This document shows positions 1 through 12,700 of a stretch of 64,000 nucleotides of DNA, piece by piece (the stretch's first letter is position 1; each line of letters begins with the position of its first letter). Where the stretch lies: assembly GCA_040954595.2 (NCBI GenBank), contig CM082588.2, positions 11,483,398-11,547,397 on the forward strand. The letters are read 5' to 3'. The position numbers and the translations under genes are program-made. Under the pieces are notes generated by a model, which was not told the DNA's origin, made no database searches, and worked only from the letters and a program-made list of their open reading frames with translations. This DNA is from Balanoglossus misakiensis (Eukaryota; Animalia; Hemichordata).

Positions 1-1130
1 GAGAATCACACACACTACAGGTACTGGAATATTTTCAAAAAATTCTGTACTTGAACATTTTGTTTTCTTTTGAGATGTAGAGATGTTTTGTCTAGTTTAT
101 GACAATAAAAAAAATAATCCAAACCTAAAAAGTTGTCAAAAATTTGCTTCGCAAAAAAAAAAAATCACAATAGTTGCTTTGTCTTTGGGTTGAATATTTT
201 CAAAATTGCCGAAGAAAATAATTTAAAAATCATATAATTAAATAATCAAAAATTAATTTTACTCCTATTTGCACTTCCCGTAAAGAGCAGTGTCTAAGCT
301 TTCTAAAATAATAAGGTTTATGTACTTTGAAGCTAGCTTTATTTTTGTAGGAGAGGATATAGTACCCCCTACCCGAAGACCATGCGTAATCCCATAGGAT
401 ACATGCATTTCAAAGTTGTCTCTAAAGAAGTATTGTATTGTTATATAACTAATGTTAACATTTGTTTTCTTGTTTAATAAATAGAAGTCAATAATCCAAA
501 CCCCCAAAAGATGTCAAAAATTTGCTTCACAAAAAGAAAATCACAATTGTTGCGTTGTCTTTGGGGTGAATATTTTCAAAATTGCCGAAAAAATTAATTT
601 AAAAATCTTATAATTAAATATTCATAATTTTTTTATAATTAAGTTTGTGCTTCCCGTAAAGAGCAGTGTCTAAGCTTTCTAAAAATATAAGGTTTATGTA
701 ATTTTTTGCTAGTTTTATTTTTTTAGGAGAGGATATAGTACCCCCTACGCCAAGACCATGCGTAATCCCATAGGATACATGCATTTCAAAGTTGTCTCTA
801 AAGAAGTATTGTATTGTTAAATAACTAATGTTAACATTTGTTTTCTTGTTTAATATATAGAATTAAATAATCCAAACCTAAAAAGTAGTCAAAAATTTGC
901 TTCACAAAAATAAAATCACAATTGTAACATTGTCTTTTGAGTGAAAACTTTCAAAATTGCCGAAAAAATTAATTTAAAAATCATCTAATTAAATATTCAT
1001 AAATATTGTTTAATAAAGTTTGTGCTTCCCGTAAAGAGCAGTATCTAAGCTTTCTAAAAAATATAAGGTTTATGTAATTTCATGGTAGTTTTATTTTTTT
1101 AGGAGAGAATATAGTACCCCCTACCCCAAC
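1..1130. repeat. AT-rich tandem repeat, ~376-bp period, about 3 copies
   Basis: Anchor GTAAAGAGCAGT at 280, 656 and 1031; ATAGTACCCCCTAC also recurs at about the same period. Confidence 0.9.
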
Positions 1131-1317
1131 TCATTTTTCGCCATTTTGAGCGGCACATACCATTCAAAAACCACCCCGGAGGGGTAGTGCAACCCAAAAT
1201 ATTCAATGTTAACATTTTTTTTCTTGTTCAGCACGTTCTATAGAACAAAAAAATACCCAAGTGGTAGGTTTATGGGGGGGTGGTGGTGCTCGGTGGACCC
1301 CTCCAGCCCACGGACTA
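1..1317. mobile_element. Right end of a probable DNA transposon (Academ-like terminus) abutting or inserted into the satellite array
   Basis: Non-satellite sequence ends ...CCCTCCAGCCCACGGACTA (1317) and the satellite resumes mid-unit at TCTGCATTTTTGG (1318). The reverse complement TAGTCCGTGGG resembles the TAG-type termini of Academ elements as I recall them. The other end and the TSD are outside the window. Confidence 0.45.
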
Positions 1318-2130
1318 TCTGCATTTTTGGAGTGGTCGAAAGTTTTAACATACAATCAACATGTCATATATGATCAGGGCACCAAATTCGAAGAACAAAG
1401 ATTTTTTTAGTTTTTTTTTTCTAAAAATGACATTTTCAAGGAAAATTTGGTAAAACGCAATTTTGTCTGCAGTGAGGCAAATTAGACGGTCTTTTGTGGA
1501 ATTTGTATCGATATATATATACGAAGAGCATTCTATACTCCATCAGATTTCCGAAAATGTAGAAAACAGGTATTTTTTGTAATTTTCAAAAATTTACAAT
1601 TTCGACCAAATTGTTATTTTCGTGTTGAATGCCGCCAGTGTCACTGCTTTTAAAAGTCATAAAAACTTTTAATATGCAAGCAATTGCTTATATATGATCA
1701 GGTCACCGAATTAAAAAATAAAGAATGTTTTGACTAAAAATCAGCTCATTGAGAGTGCATTTTTTATAATCAGCACCATTTTTACATATAATGGAAATTT
1801 TCTACATCATCAGATATCCAAATATGAAAAAATGAATTAGATTTTAGATGATTGTCCAAAATTAGCTGATATCTAATAAATGTAGTATTGAACCGTTCCG
1901 TTCCCCCCCCCCCCCCTTACATTATATGCGTTACGCCGATGTCAGCTTACCCGGCAGTACTGCAGGCCGTGCCCCCAACTAACGTCGGTGTTTGAAACGT
2001 CCTGGTTAAATTCGGGCTTCCTCTATAAATTGACAGGCAATAATGCAGTCCTACCCGAACAAATGTCGAGTGTTGACCCGCTGTGACTTTCCCTCTTCGG
2101 TTTGCCCGACATAGCCAACGTCTTTGTACT

Positions 2131-2830
2131 AGAGTGTCGGGTCTTTTGCAGAGCCAGGCCGAAGGAAATCCGACTTGATCACCGTTGCTAACGAACGCTA
2201 GTGTCTGTCATGGTGTGCCGGGGTTTTAGTCGAGCCAGGCCGTAGGAGATCTGACTTGATCATCGCGGTCAATGTACGCGTGTTTCCGCTCTAAAGTGCC
2301 GGGGCTTCAGCTAAACCAGGCCGTAGGAAATCCGACGTAATCACCGTTGATAACTTACGCCTGTCTGTGTCATATAGAGCCGGTGCACCAGCCGAGTCAC
2401 GCCGTAGGAAATCTGACTTGATCTACGCGGTCAATGTACGCCTGTTTCTGCTCTAGAGTGCCGGGGCTTCAGCTGAGCCAGGCCGTAGGAAACCCGACGT
2501 GATTACCGTTGTTAACTTACGCCAGTCTGTGTCCTATATATAGTGCCGGGGCATCAGCCGTGCCAGGCCGAAGGAAATGTGAGTAGATCAACGTGGTCTC
2601 TGTACGCGTGTTTCTGCTCTAGAGTGCCGGGGCTTCAGCTGAGCCAGGCCGTAGGAAACCCGACGTGATTACCGTTGTTAACTTACGCCAGTCTGTGTCC
2701 TATATATAGTGCCGGGGCATCAGCCGTGCCAGGCCGAAGGAAATGTGAGTAGATCAACGTGGTCTCTGTACGCGTGTTTCTGCTCTAGAGTGTCAGGGTT
2801 TTAGCCGACTTATGCTGTAAGAAATCTGAG
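2131..2830 (+). repeat. GC-rich 81-bp monomer subarray (example; one per macrosatellite unit)
   Basis: Anchor GCCG(T/A)AGGA at 2158, 2239, 2320, 2401, 2482, 2567, 2648 and 2733. Spacing is 81 bp, or 85 bp for the TATATA variant, with two alternating monomer types. Confidence 0.95.
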
Positions 2831-2864
2831 TTGATGAATGGGAATTCAATGTTAGAAAACCCGT

Positions 2865-3790
2865 GTGGAAAGTATCTCTACCCGTTTGAAACTAAGAAAA
2901 GAATTTATTCTTATTTATTTTGTAAAAAAGACAATTTTTCGAAAAAAAGTCGAAAATGGTAATTTTGTCTTGGGTGATTTAAATTATACCGCCTTTTCTG
3001 GAATTTGCAGCACTTTTTACAAGAGAACGACACTTCATGCTCCATAATATTTCCGAAAATGAAGAAAAGAGTTAATTTTTTATGATTTTTTCAAAATTTA
3101 CCATTTTTGTCAAAATATGGCCAAAATGGCTATTTTTTCTTGAATTCCGTCAATATCTCTGCATTTTTGGAGTGGTCGAAAGTTTTAACATACAATCAAC
3201 ATGTCATATATGATCAGGGCACCAAATTCAAAGAACAAAGGTTTTTTTATTTTTTTTTTCTTCTAAAAATGACATTTTCAAGGAAAATTTGGTAAAACGC
3301 AATTTTGTCTGCAGTGAGCCAAATTAGACGGTCTTTTGTGGAATTTGTATCGATATATACATACGAAGAGCATTCTATACTCCATCAAATTTCCGAAAAT
3401 GTAGAAAACAGGTATTTTTTGTAATTTTCAAAAATTTACCATTTTGACCAAATTGTGGCTAAAATTGTTATTTTCGTGTTGAATGCCGCCAGTGTCACTG
3501 CATTTAAAAGTCATAAAAACTTTAAACATACAAGCTATTGTTTATATATGATCAGGTCACCGAATTAAAAAAAATAAAGAATGCTTTGCCTAAAAATGAC
3601 CTTTTTGGTGCAAAAACGAATAAAACGCAATTTTGTATTAAATTAGAGTGCATTTTTTATAATCAGCACCATTTTTACATATAATGGAAATTTCATACAT
3701 CATCAGATATCCAAATATGAAAAAATGATTTAGATTTTAGATGATTGTCCAAAATTAGCTGATAACAGATAAATGTAGTATTAAACCGTT
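2865..3790 (+). repeat. AT-rich block made of about 3 diverged ~340-bp subunits (example; one per unit)
   Basis: TTTCCGAAAATG(A/T)AGAAAA at ~3050 and ~3390 with a degenerate third copy at ~3707. ATATGATCAGG(G/T)CACC and TAAAACGCAATTTTGT also recur at ~330-340 bp. Confidence 0.85.
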
Positions 3791-6700
3791 CTGTTCCCCC
3801 CCCCCCTACATTACATGCGGTACGCCGATGTCAGCTTACCCGGCAGTACTGCAGGCCGTGCCCCCAACTAACGTCGGTGTTTGAAGCGCCCTGGTTAAAT
3901 TCGGGCTTTCTCTATAAATTGACAGGCAATAATGCAGTCCTACCAGAACAAATGTCGAGTGTTGACCCGCTGTGACTTTCCCTCTTCGGTTTGCCCGACT
4001 TAGCCAATGTCTTTGTACTAGAGTGTCGGGTCTTTTGCAGAGCCAGGCCGAAGGAAATCCGACTTGATCACCGTTGCTAACGAACGCTAGTGTCTGTCAT
4101 GGTGTGCCGGGGTTTTAGTCGAGCCAGGCCGTAGGAGATCTGACTTGATCATCGTGGTCAATGTACGCGTGTTTCCACTCTAAAGTGCCGGGGCTTCAGC
4201 TAAACCAGGCCGTAGGAAATCCGACGTAATCACCGTTGATAACTTACGCCAGTCTGTGTCATATAGAGCCGGTGCACCAGCCGAGTCACGCCGTAGGAAA
4301 TCTGACTTGATCAACGTGGTTAATGTACGCGTGTTTCTGCTCTAGAGTGCCGGGGCTTCAGCTGAGCCAGGCCGTAGAAAACCCATGCCGTAGAAAATCT
4401 GACTTGATCACCGTTGCTAACGTACGCTTGTGTCTGTCATATTTAGACGGAGATTTAGCCGAGCCAGGCCGTAGAAAAATCGACTTGTCCAACGTTACCA
4501 GTGTGCAACTGTTTCTGCTCTAGAGTGTCAGGGTTTTAGCCGACTTATGCTGTAGGAAATCTGAGTTGATGAACGGGAATTCAATGTTAGAAAACCTGTG
4601 TGGAAAGTATCTCTACCCGTTTGAAACTAATAAAAGAATTTATTCTTATTTATTTTGTAAAAAAGACAATTTTTCGAAAAAAAGTCGAAAATGGTAATTT
4701 TGTCTTGGGTGATTCAAATTATACCACCTTTTCTGGAATTTGCAGCACTTTTTACAAGAGAACGACACTTCATGCTCCATAATATTTCCGAAAATGAAGA
4801 AAAGAGTTAAATTTTTATGATTTTTTAAAAATTTACCATTTTTGTCAAAATATGGCCAAAATGGCTATTTTTTCTTGAATTCCGTCAATATCTCTGCATT
4901 TTTGGAGTGGTCGAAAGTTTAAACATACAATCAACATGTCATTATGATCGGGGCACCAAATTCGAAGAACAAAGGTTTTTTAATTTTTTTTTTCTAAAAA
5001 TGACATTTTCAAGGAAAATTTGGTAAAACGCAATTTTGTCTGCAGTGAGCCAAATTAGACGGTCTTTTGTGGAATTTGTATCGATATATACATACGAAGA
5101 GCATTCTATACTCGATCAGATTCCCGAAAATGTAGAAAACAGGTATTTTTTGTAATTTTAAAAAATTTCCATTTTGACCAAATTGTGCTAAAATTGTTAT
5201 TTTCGTGTTGAATGCCGCCAGTGTCACTGCTTTTAAAAGTCATAAAAACTTTTAACATACAAGCAATTCTTTATATATGATCAGGTCACCGAATTAAAAA
5301 AATAAAGAATGTTTTGCCTAAAAATGACCTTCTAGGTGCAAAAACGAATAAAACGTAATTTTGTATTAAATCAGCTCATTCAGAGTGCATTTTTTATAAT
5401 CAGCACCATTTTTACATATAATGGAAATTTCATACATCATCAGATATCCAAATATGAAACAATGATTTGGATTTTAGATGATTGTCCAAAATTAGCTGAT
5501 ATCTAATAAATGTAGTATTGAACCGTTCTGTTTGCCCCCCGCCCCCCTACATTGTATGCGGTATGCCGATGTCAGCTTACCCGGCAGTACTGCAGGCCGT
5601 GCCCCCAACTAACGTCGGTGTTTGGAACGCCCTGGTTAAATTCGGGCTTTCTCTATAAATTGACAGGCAATAATGCAGTCCTACCCGAACAAATGTCGAG
5701 TGTTGACCCGCTGTGACTTACCCTCTTCGGTTTGCCCGACTTAGCCAACGTCTTTGTACTAGAGTGTCGGGTCTTTTGCAGAGCCAGGCCGAAGGAAATC
5801 CGACTTGATCACCGTTGCTAACGAACGCTAGTGTCTGTCATGGTGTGCCGGGGTTTTAGTCGAGCCAGGCCGTAGGAGATCTGACTTGATCATCGTGGTC
5901 AATGTACGCGTGTTTCCGCTCTAAAGTGCCGGGGCTTCAGCTAAACCAGACCGTAGGAAATCCGACGTAATCACCGTTGATAACTTACGCCAGTCTGTGT
6001 CATATAGAGCCGGTGCACCAGCCGAGTCACGCCGTAGGAAATCTGACTTGATCAACGTGGTCAATGTACGCCTGTTTCTGCCCTAGAGTGCCGGGGCTTC
6101 AGCTGAGCCAGGCCGTAGGAAACCCGACGTGATTACCGTTGTTAACTTACGCCAGTCTGTGTCCTATATATAGTGCCGGGGCATCAGCCGTGCCAGGCCG
6201 AAGGAAATGTGAGTAGATCAACGTGGTCTCTGTACGCGTGTTTCTGCTCTAGAGTGCCGTGGCTTTATCCAAGCCATGCCGTAGAAAATCTGTCTTGATC
6301 ACCGTTGCTAACGTACGCTAGTGTCTGTAATATTGTGACGGAGATTTAGCCGAGCCAGGCCGTAGTAAAATCGACTCGTTCAACGTTACCAGTGTGCAAC
6401 TGTTTCTGCTCTAGAGTGTCAGGGTTTTAGCCGACTTATGCTGTAGGAAATCTGAGTTGATGAACGGGAATTCAATGTTAGAAAACCCGAGTGGCAAGTA
6501 TCTCTACCCGTTTGAAACTAAGAAAAGAATTTATTCTTATTTATTTTGTAAAAAAGACAATTTTTCCAAAAAAAGTCGAAAATGGTAATTTTGTCTTGGG
6601 TGATTCAAATTATACCACCTTTTCTGGAATTTGCAGCACTTTTTACAAGAGAACGACACTTCATGCTCCATAATATTTCCGAAAATGAAGAAAAGAGTTA

Positions 6701-9700
6701 ATTTTTTATGATTTTTTAAAAATTTACCATTTTTGTCAAAATATGGCCAAAATTGCTATTTTTTCTTGAATTCCGTCAATATCTCTGCTTTTTTGGAGTG
6801 GTCGAAAGTTTTAACATACAATCAACATGTCATATATGATCAGGGCACCAAATTCGAAGAACAAAGGTTTTTTTATTTTTTTTTTCTTCTAAAAATGACA
6901 TTTTCAAGGAAAATTTGGTAAAACGCAATTTTGTCTGCAGTGAGCCAAATTAGACGGTCTTTTGTGGAATTTGTATCGATATATACATACGAAGAGCATT
7001 CTATACTCCATCAGATTTCCGAAAATGTAGAAAACAAGTATTTTTTGTAATTTTCAAAAATTTACCATTTTGACCAAATTGTGGCTAAAATTGTTATTTT
7101 CGTGTTGAATGCCGCCAGTGTCACTGCTTTTAAAAGTCATAAAAACTTTAAACATACAAGCAATTGTTTATATATGATCAGGTCACCGAATTAAAAAAAT
7201 AAAGAATGCTTTGCCTAAAAATGACCTTTTTGGTGCAAAAACGAATAAAACGCAATTTTGTTTTAAATTGGAGTGCATTTTTTATAATCAGCACCATTTG
7301 TACATATAATGGAAATTTCATACATCATCAGATATCCAAATATGAAAAAATGATTTAGATTTTAGATGATTGTCCAAAATTAGCTGATAACAGATAAATG
7401 TAGTATTAAACCGTTCTGCCCCCCCCCCCCCCTACATTACATGCGGTACGCCGATGTCAGCTTACCCGGCAGTACTGCAGGCCGTGCCCCCAACTAACGT
7501 CGGTGTTTGAAACGCCCTGGTTAAATTCGAGCTTTCTCTATAAATTGACAGGCAATAATGCAGTCCTACCCGAACAAATGTCGAGTGTTGACCCGCTGTG
7601 ACTTTCCCTCTTCGGTTTGCCCGACTTAGCCAACGTCTTTGTACTAGAGTGTCGGGTCTTTTGCAGAGCCAGGCCGAAGGAAATCCGACTTGATCACCGT
7701 TGCTAACGAACGCTAGTGTCTGTCATGGTGTGCCAGGGTTTTAGTCGAGCCAGGCCGTAGGAGATCTGACTTGATCATCGTGGTCAATGTACGCGTGTTT
7801 CCGCTCTAAAGTGCCGGGGCTTCAGCTAAACCAGGCCGTAGGAATCCGACGTAATCACCGTTGATAACTTACGCCAGTCTGTGTCATATAGAGCCGGTGC
7901 ACCAGCCGAGTCACGCCGTAGGAAATCTGACTTGATCAACGTGGTCAATGTATGCCTGTTTCTGCTCTAGAGTGCCGGGGCTTCAGCTGAGCCAGGCCGT
8001 AGGAAACCCGACGTGATTACCGTTGTTAACTTACGCCAGTCTGTGTCCTATATATAGTGCCGGGGCATCAGCCGTGCCAGGCCGAAGGAAATGTGAGTAG
8101 ATCAACGTGGTCTCTGTACGCGTGTTTCTGCTCTATAGTGCCAGGGCTTTAGCCAAGCCATGCCGTAGGAAATCTGACTTGATCAACGTTGCTTACTAAC
8201 GCTAGTGTCTGTCATAGTGTGCCGGGGTTTTAGTCGAGCCAAGCCGTAGGAGATCAGACTTGATCAACGTGCTCTCTGTACGCGTGTTTCTGCTTTAGAG
8301 TACCGGGGCTTTATCCAAGCCATGCCGTAGAAAATCTGACTTCATCACCGTTGCTAACGTACGCTAGTGTCTGTCATATTGTGACGGAGATTTAGCCGAG
8401 CCAGGCCGTAGAAAAATCGACTTGTTCAACGTTACCAGTGTGCAACTGTTTCTGCTCTAGAGTGTCAGGGTTTTAGCCGACTTATGCTGTAGGAAACCTG
8501 AGTTGATGAACGGGAATTCAATGTTAGAAAACCCGTGTGGAAAGTATCTCTACCCGTTTGAAACTAAGAAAAGAATTTATTCTTATTTATTTTGTAAAAA
8601 AGACAATTTTTCGAAAAAAAAGTCGAAAATGGTAATTTTGTCTTGGGTGATTCAAATTATACCGCCTTTTCTGGAATTTGCAGCACTTTTTACAAGAGAA
8701 CGACACTTCATGCTCCATAATATTTCCGAAAATGAAGAAAAGAATTAATTTTTTATGATTTTTTAAAAATTTACCATTTTTGTCAAAATATGGCCAAAAT
8801 GGCTATTTTTTCTTGAATTCCGTCAATATCTCTGCTTTTTTGGAGTGGTCGAAAGTTTTAACATACAATCAACATGTCATATATGATCAGGGCACCAAAT
8901 TCGAAGAACAAAGGTTTTTTTATTTATTTTTTCTTCTAAAAATGACATTTTCAAGGAAAATTTGGTAAAACGCAATTTTGTCTGCAGTGAGCCAAATTAG
9001 ACGGTCTTTTGTGGAATTTGTATCGATATATACATACGAAGAGCATTCTATACTCCATCAGATTTCCGAAAATGTAGAAAACAAGTATTTTTTGTAATTT
9101 TCAAAAATTTACCATTTTGACCAAATTGTGGCTAAAATTGTTATTTTCGTGTTGAATGCCGCCAGTGTCACTGCTTTTAAAAGTCATAAAAACTTTTAAC
9201 ATACAAGCAATAGTTTATATATGATCAGGTCATCGAATTAATAAAATAAAGAATGTTTTGCCTAAAAATGACCTTTTTGGTGCATAAACGAATAAAACGT
9301 AATTTTGTATTAAATCAGGGTGCATTTTTTATAATCAGCACCATTTTTACATATAATGGAAATTTCATACATCATCATATATCCAAATATGAAAAAAAAA
9401 TGATTTAGATTTTAGATGATTGTCCAAAATTAGCTGATATCTAATAAATGTAGTATTGAACCGTTCTGTCCCCCCCCCCCACCTACATTATATGCGGTAC
9501 GCCGATGTCAGCTTACCCGGCAGTACTGCAGGCCGTGCCCCCTACTAACGTCGGTGTTTGAAACGCCCTGGTTAAATTCGGGCTTTCTCTATAAATTGAC
9601 AGGCAATAATGCAGTCCTACCCGAACAAATGTCGAGTGTTGACCCGCTGTGACTTTCCCTCTTCGGTTTGCCCGACTTAGCCAACGTCTTTGTACTAGAG

Positions 9701-12700
9701 TGTCGGGTCTTTTGCAGAGCCAGGCCGAAGGAAATCCGACTTGATCACTGTTGCTAACGAACGCTAGTGTCTGTCATGGTGTGCCGGGGTTTTAGTCGAG
9801 CCAGGCCGTAGGAGATCTGACTTGATCATCGTGGTCAATGTACGCGTGTTTCCGCTCTAAAGTGCCGGGGCTTCAGCTAAACCAGGCCGTAGGAAATCCG
9901 ACGTAATCACCGTTGATAACTTACGCCAGTCTGTGTCATATAGAGCCGGTGCACCAGCCGAGTCACGCCGTAGGAAATCTGACTTGATCAACGTGGTCAA
10001 TGTACGCCTGTTTCTGCTCTAGAGTGCCGGGGCTTCAGCTGAGCCAGGCCGTAGGAAACCCGACGTGATTACCGTTGTTAACTTACGCCAGTCTGTGTCC
10101 TATATATAGCGCCGGGGCATCAGCCGTGCCAGGCCGAAGGAAATGTAAGTAAATCAACGTGGTCTCTGTACACGTGTTTCTGCTCTAGAGTGCCAGGGCT
10201 TTAGCCAAGCCATGCCGTGGGAAATCTGACTTGATCAACGTTGCTAACGAACGCTAGTGTCTGTCATAGTGTGCCGGGGTTTTAGTCGAGCCAAGCCGTA
10301 GGAGATCAGACTTGATCAACGTGGTCTCTGTACGCGTGTTTCTGCTCTAGAGTGCCGGGGCTTTATCCAAGCCATGCCGTAGAAAATCTGACTTGATCAC
10401 CGTTGCTAACGTACGCTAGTGTCTGTCATATTGTGACGGAGATTTAGCCGAGCCAGGCCGTAGAAAAATCGACTTATTCAACGTTACCAGTGTGCAACTT
10501 ATGCTGTAAGAAATCTGAGTTGATGAACGGGAATCCAATGTTAGAAAACCCGTGTGGAAAGTATCTCTACCCGTTTGAAACTAAGAAAAGAATTTATTCT
10601 TATTTTTTTTGTAAAAAAGACAATTTTTCGAAAAAAAGTCGAAAATGGTAAATTTGTCTTGGGTGATTCAAATTATACCGCCTTTTCTGGAATTTGCAGC
10701 ACTTTTTACAAGAGAACGACACTTCATGCTCCATAATATTTCCGAAAATGAAGAAAAGAATTAATTTTTTATGATTTTTTAAAAAATTACCATTTTTGTC
10801 AAAATATGGCCAAAATGGCTATTTTTTCTTGAATTCCGTCAATGTCTCTGCATTTTTGGAGTGGTCGAAAGTTTTAGCATACAATCAACATGTCATATAT
10901 GATCAGGGCACCAAATTCGAAGAACAAAGGTTTTTTTAGTTTTTTTTCTAAAAATGACATTTTCAAGGAAAATTTGGTAAAACGCAATTTTGTCTGCCTT
11001 GAGCCAAATTAGATAGTCTTTTGTGGAATTTGTATATATATATACATAAGAAGAGCATTCTATACTCCATCAGATTTCCGAAAATGTACAAAACATGTAT
11101 TTTTTTGTAATTTTCAAAAATTTACCATTTTGACCAAATTGTGGCTAAAATTGTTATTTTCGTGTTGAATGCCGCCAGTGTCACTGCTTTTAAAAGTCAT
11201 AAAAACTTTTAACATACAAGCAATTGTTAATATATGATCAGGGCACCGAATTAAAAAAATAAAGAATGTTTTGCCTAAAAATGACCTTTTTGGTGCAAAA
11301 ACGAATAAAACGCTATTTTCTATTAAATCAGCTCATTCAGAGTGCATTTTTTATAATCAGCACCATTTTTACATATAATGGAAATTTCATACATCATCAG
11401 ATATCCAAATATGAAAAAATGATTTAGATTTTAGATGATTGTCCAAAATTAGCTGATATCTAATAAATGTAGTATTGAACCGTTCTGTCCCCCCCCCCCT
11501 ACATTATATGCGGTACGCCGATGTCAGCTTACCCGGCAGTACTGCAGGCCGTGCCCCCAACTAACGTCGGTGTTTTAAAACGCCCTGGTTAAATTCGGGC
11601 TTTCTCTATAAATTGACAGGCAATAATGCAGTCCTACCCTAACAAATGTCGAGTGTTGACCCGCTGTGACTTTCCCTCTTCGGTTTGCCCGACTTAGCCA
11701 ACGTCTTTGTACTAGTGTCGGGTCTTTTGCAGAGCCAGGCCGAAGGAAATCCGACTTGATCACCGTTGCTAACGAACGCTAGTGTCTGTCATGGTGTGCC
11801 GGGGTTTTAGTCGAGCCAGGCCGTAGGAGATCTGACTTGATCATCGTGGTCAATGTACGCGTGTTTCCGCTCTAAAGCGCCAGGGCTTCAGCTAAACCAG
11901 GCCGTAGGAAATCCGGCGTAATCACCGTTGATAACTTACGCCAGTCTGTGTCATATAGAGCCGGTGCACCAGCCGAGTCACGCCGTAGGAAATCTGACTT
12001 GATCAACGTGGTCAATGTACGCCTGTTTCTGCTCTAGAGTGCCGGGGCTTCAGCTGAGCCAGGCCGTAGGAAACCCGACGTGATTACCGTTGTTAACTTA
12101 CGCCAGTCTGTGTCCTATATATAGTGCCGGGGCATCAACCGTGCCAGGCCGAAGTAAATGTGAGTAGATCAACGTGGTCTCTGTACGCTTGTTTCTGCTC
12201 TAGAGTGCCGGGGATTTATCCAAGCCATGCCGTAGGAAATCTGACATGATCAACGTTGCTAACGTACGCTAGTGTCTGTCATATTGTGACGGAGATTTAG
12301 CCGAGCCAGGCCGTAGAAAAATCGACTTGTTCAACGTTACCAGTGTGCAACTGTTTCTGCTCTAGAGTGTCAGGGTTTTTGCCGACTTATGCTGTATGAA
12401 ATCTGAGTTGATGAACGGGAATTCAATGTTAGAAAACCCGTGTGGAAAGTATCTCTACCCGTTTGAAACTAAGAAAAGAATTTATTCTTATTTATTTTGT
12501 AAAAAAGACAATTTTTCGAAAAAAAAGTCGAAAATGGTAATTTTGTCTTGGGTGATTCAAATTATACCGCCTTTTCTGGAATTTGCAGCACTTTTTACAA
12601 GAGAACGACACTTCATGCTCCATAATATTTCCGAAAATGAAGAAAAGAGTTTATTTTTTATGATTTTTTAAAAATTTACCATTTTTGACAAAATATGGCC

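Noticed and set aside
2230-2250. 5S rRNA similarity (CCTACGGCC on the minus strand; TGCTGTAGG in the last monomer)
   Set aside because: Only 9-nt matches, with no internal A/C boxes or ~120-nt 5S body. I recognise no rRNA, snRNA, tRNA or histone gene in the unit.
2131-2830. 81-bp monomers as a CRISPR array
   Set aside because: The sequence between anchors is itself repeated (no unique spacers), there are no cas genes, and the context is eukaryotic.
2865-3295. Recurring 60-90 aa ORFs in the satellite (MESISTRL..., MSKYGQNG...)
   Set aside because: Non-ATG starts, frames change between units through homopolymer indels, and the F/K/I-rich content reflects AT bias.
4560-4625. Hammerhead ribozyme-like TGATGA-stem(ACGGG/CCCGT)-GAAA at the end of the GC block
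   Set aside because: C3 of CUGANGA is missing, 3 extra nt lie between stem II and GAAA, there is no UH cleavage site after the putative stem III, and no stem I.
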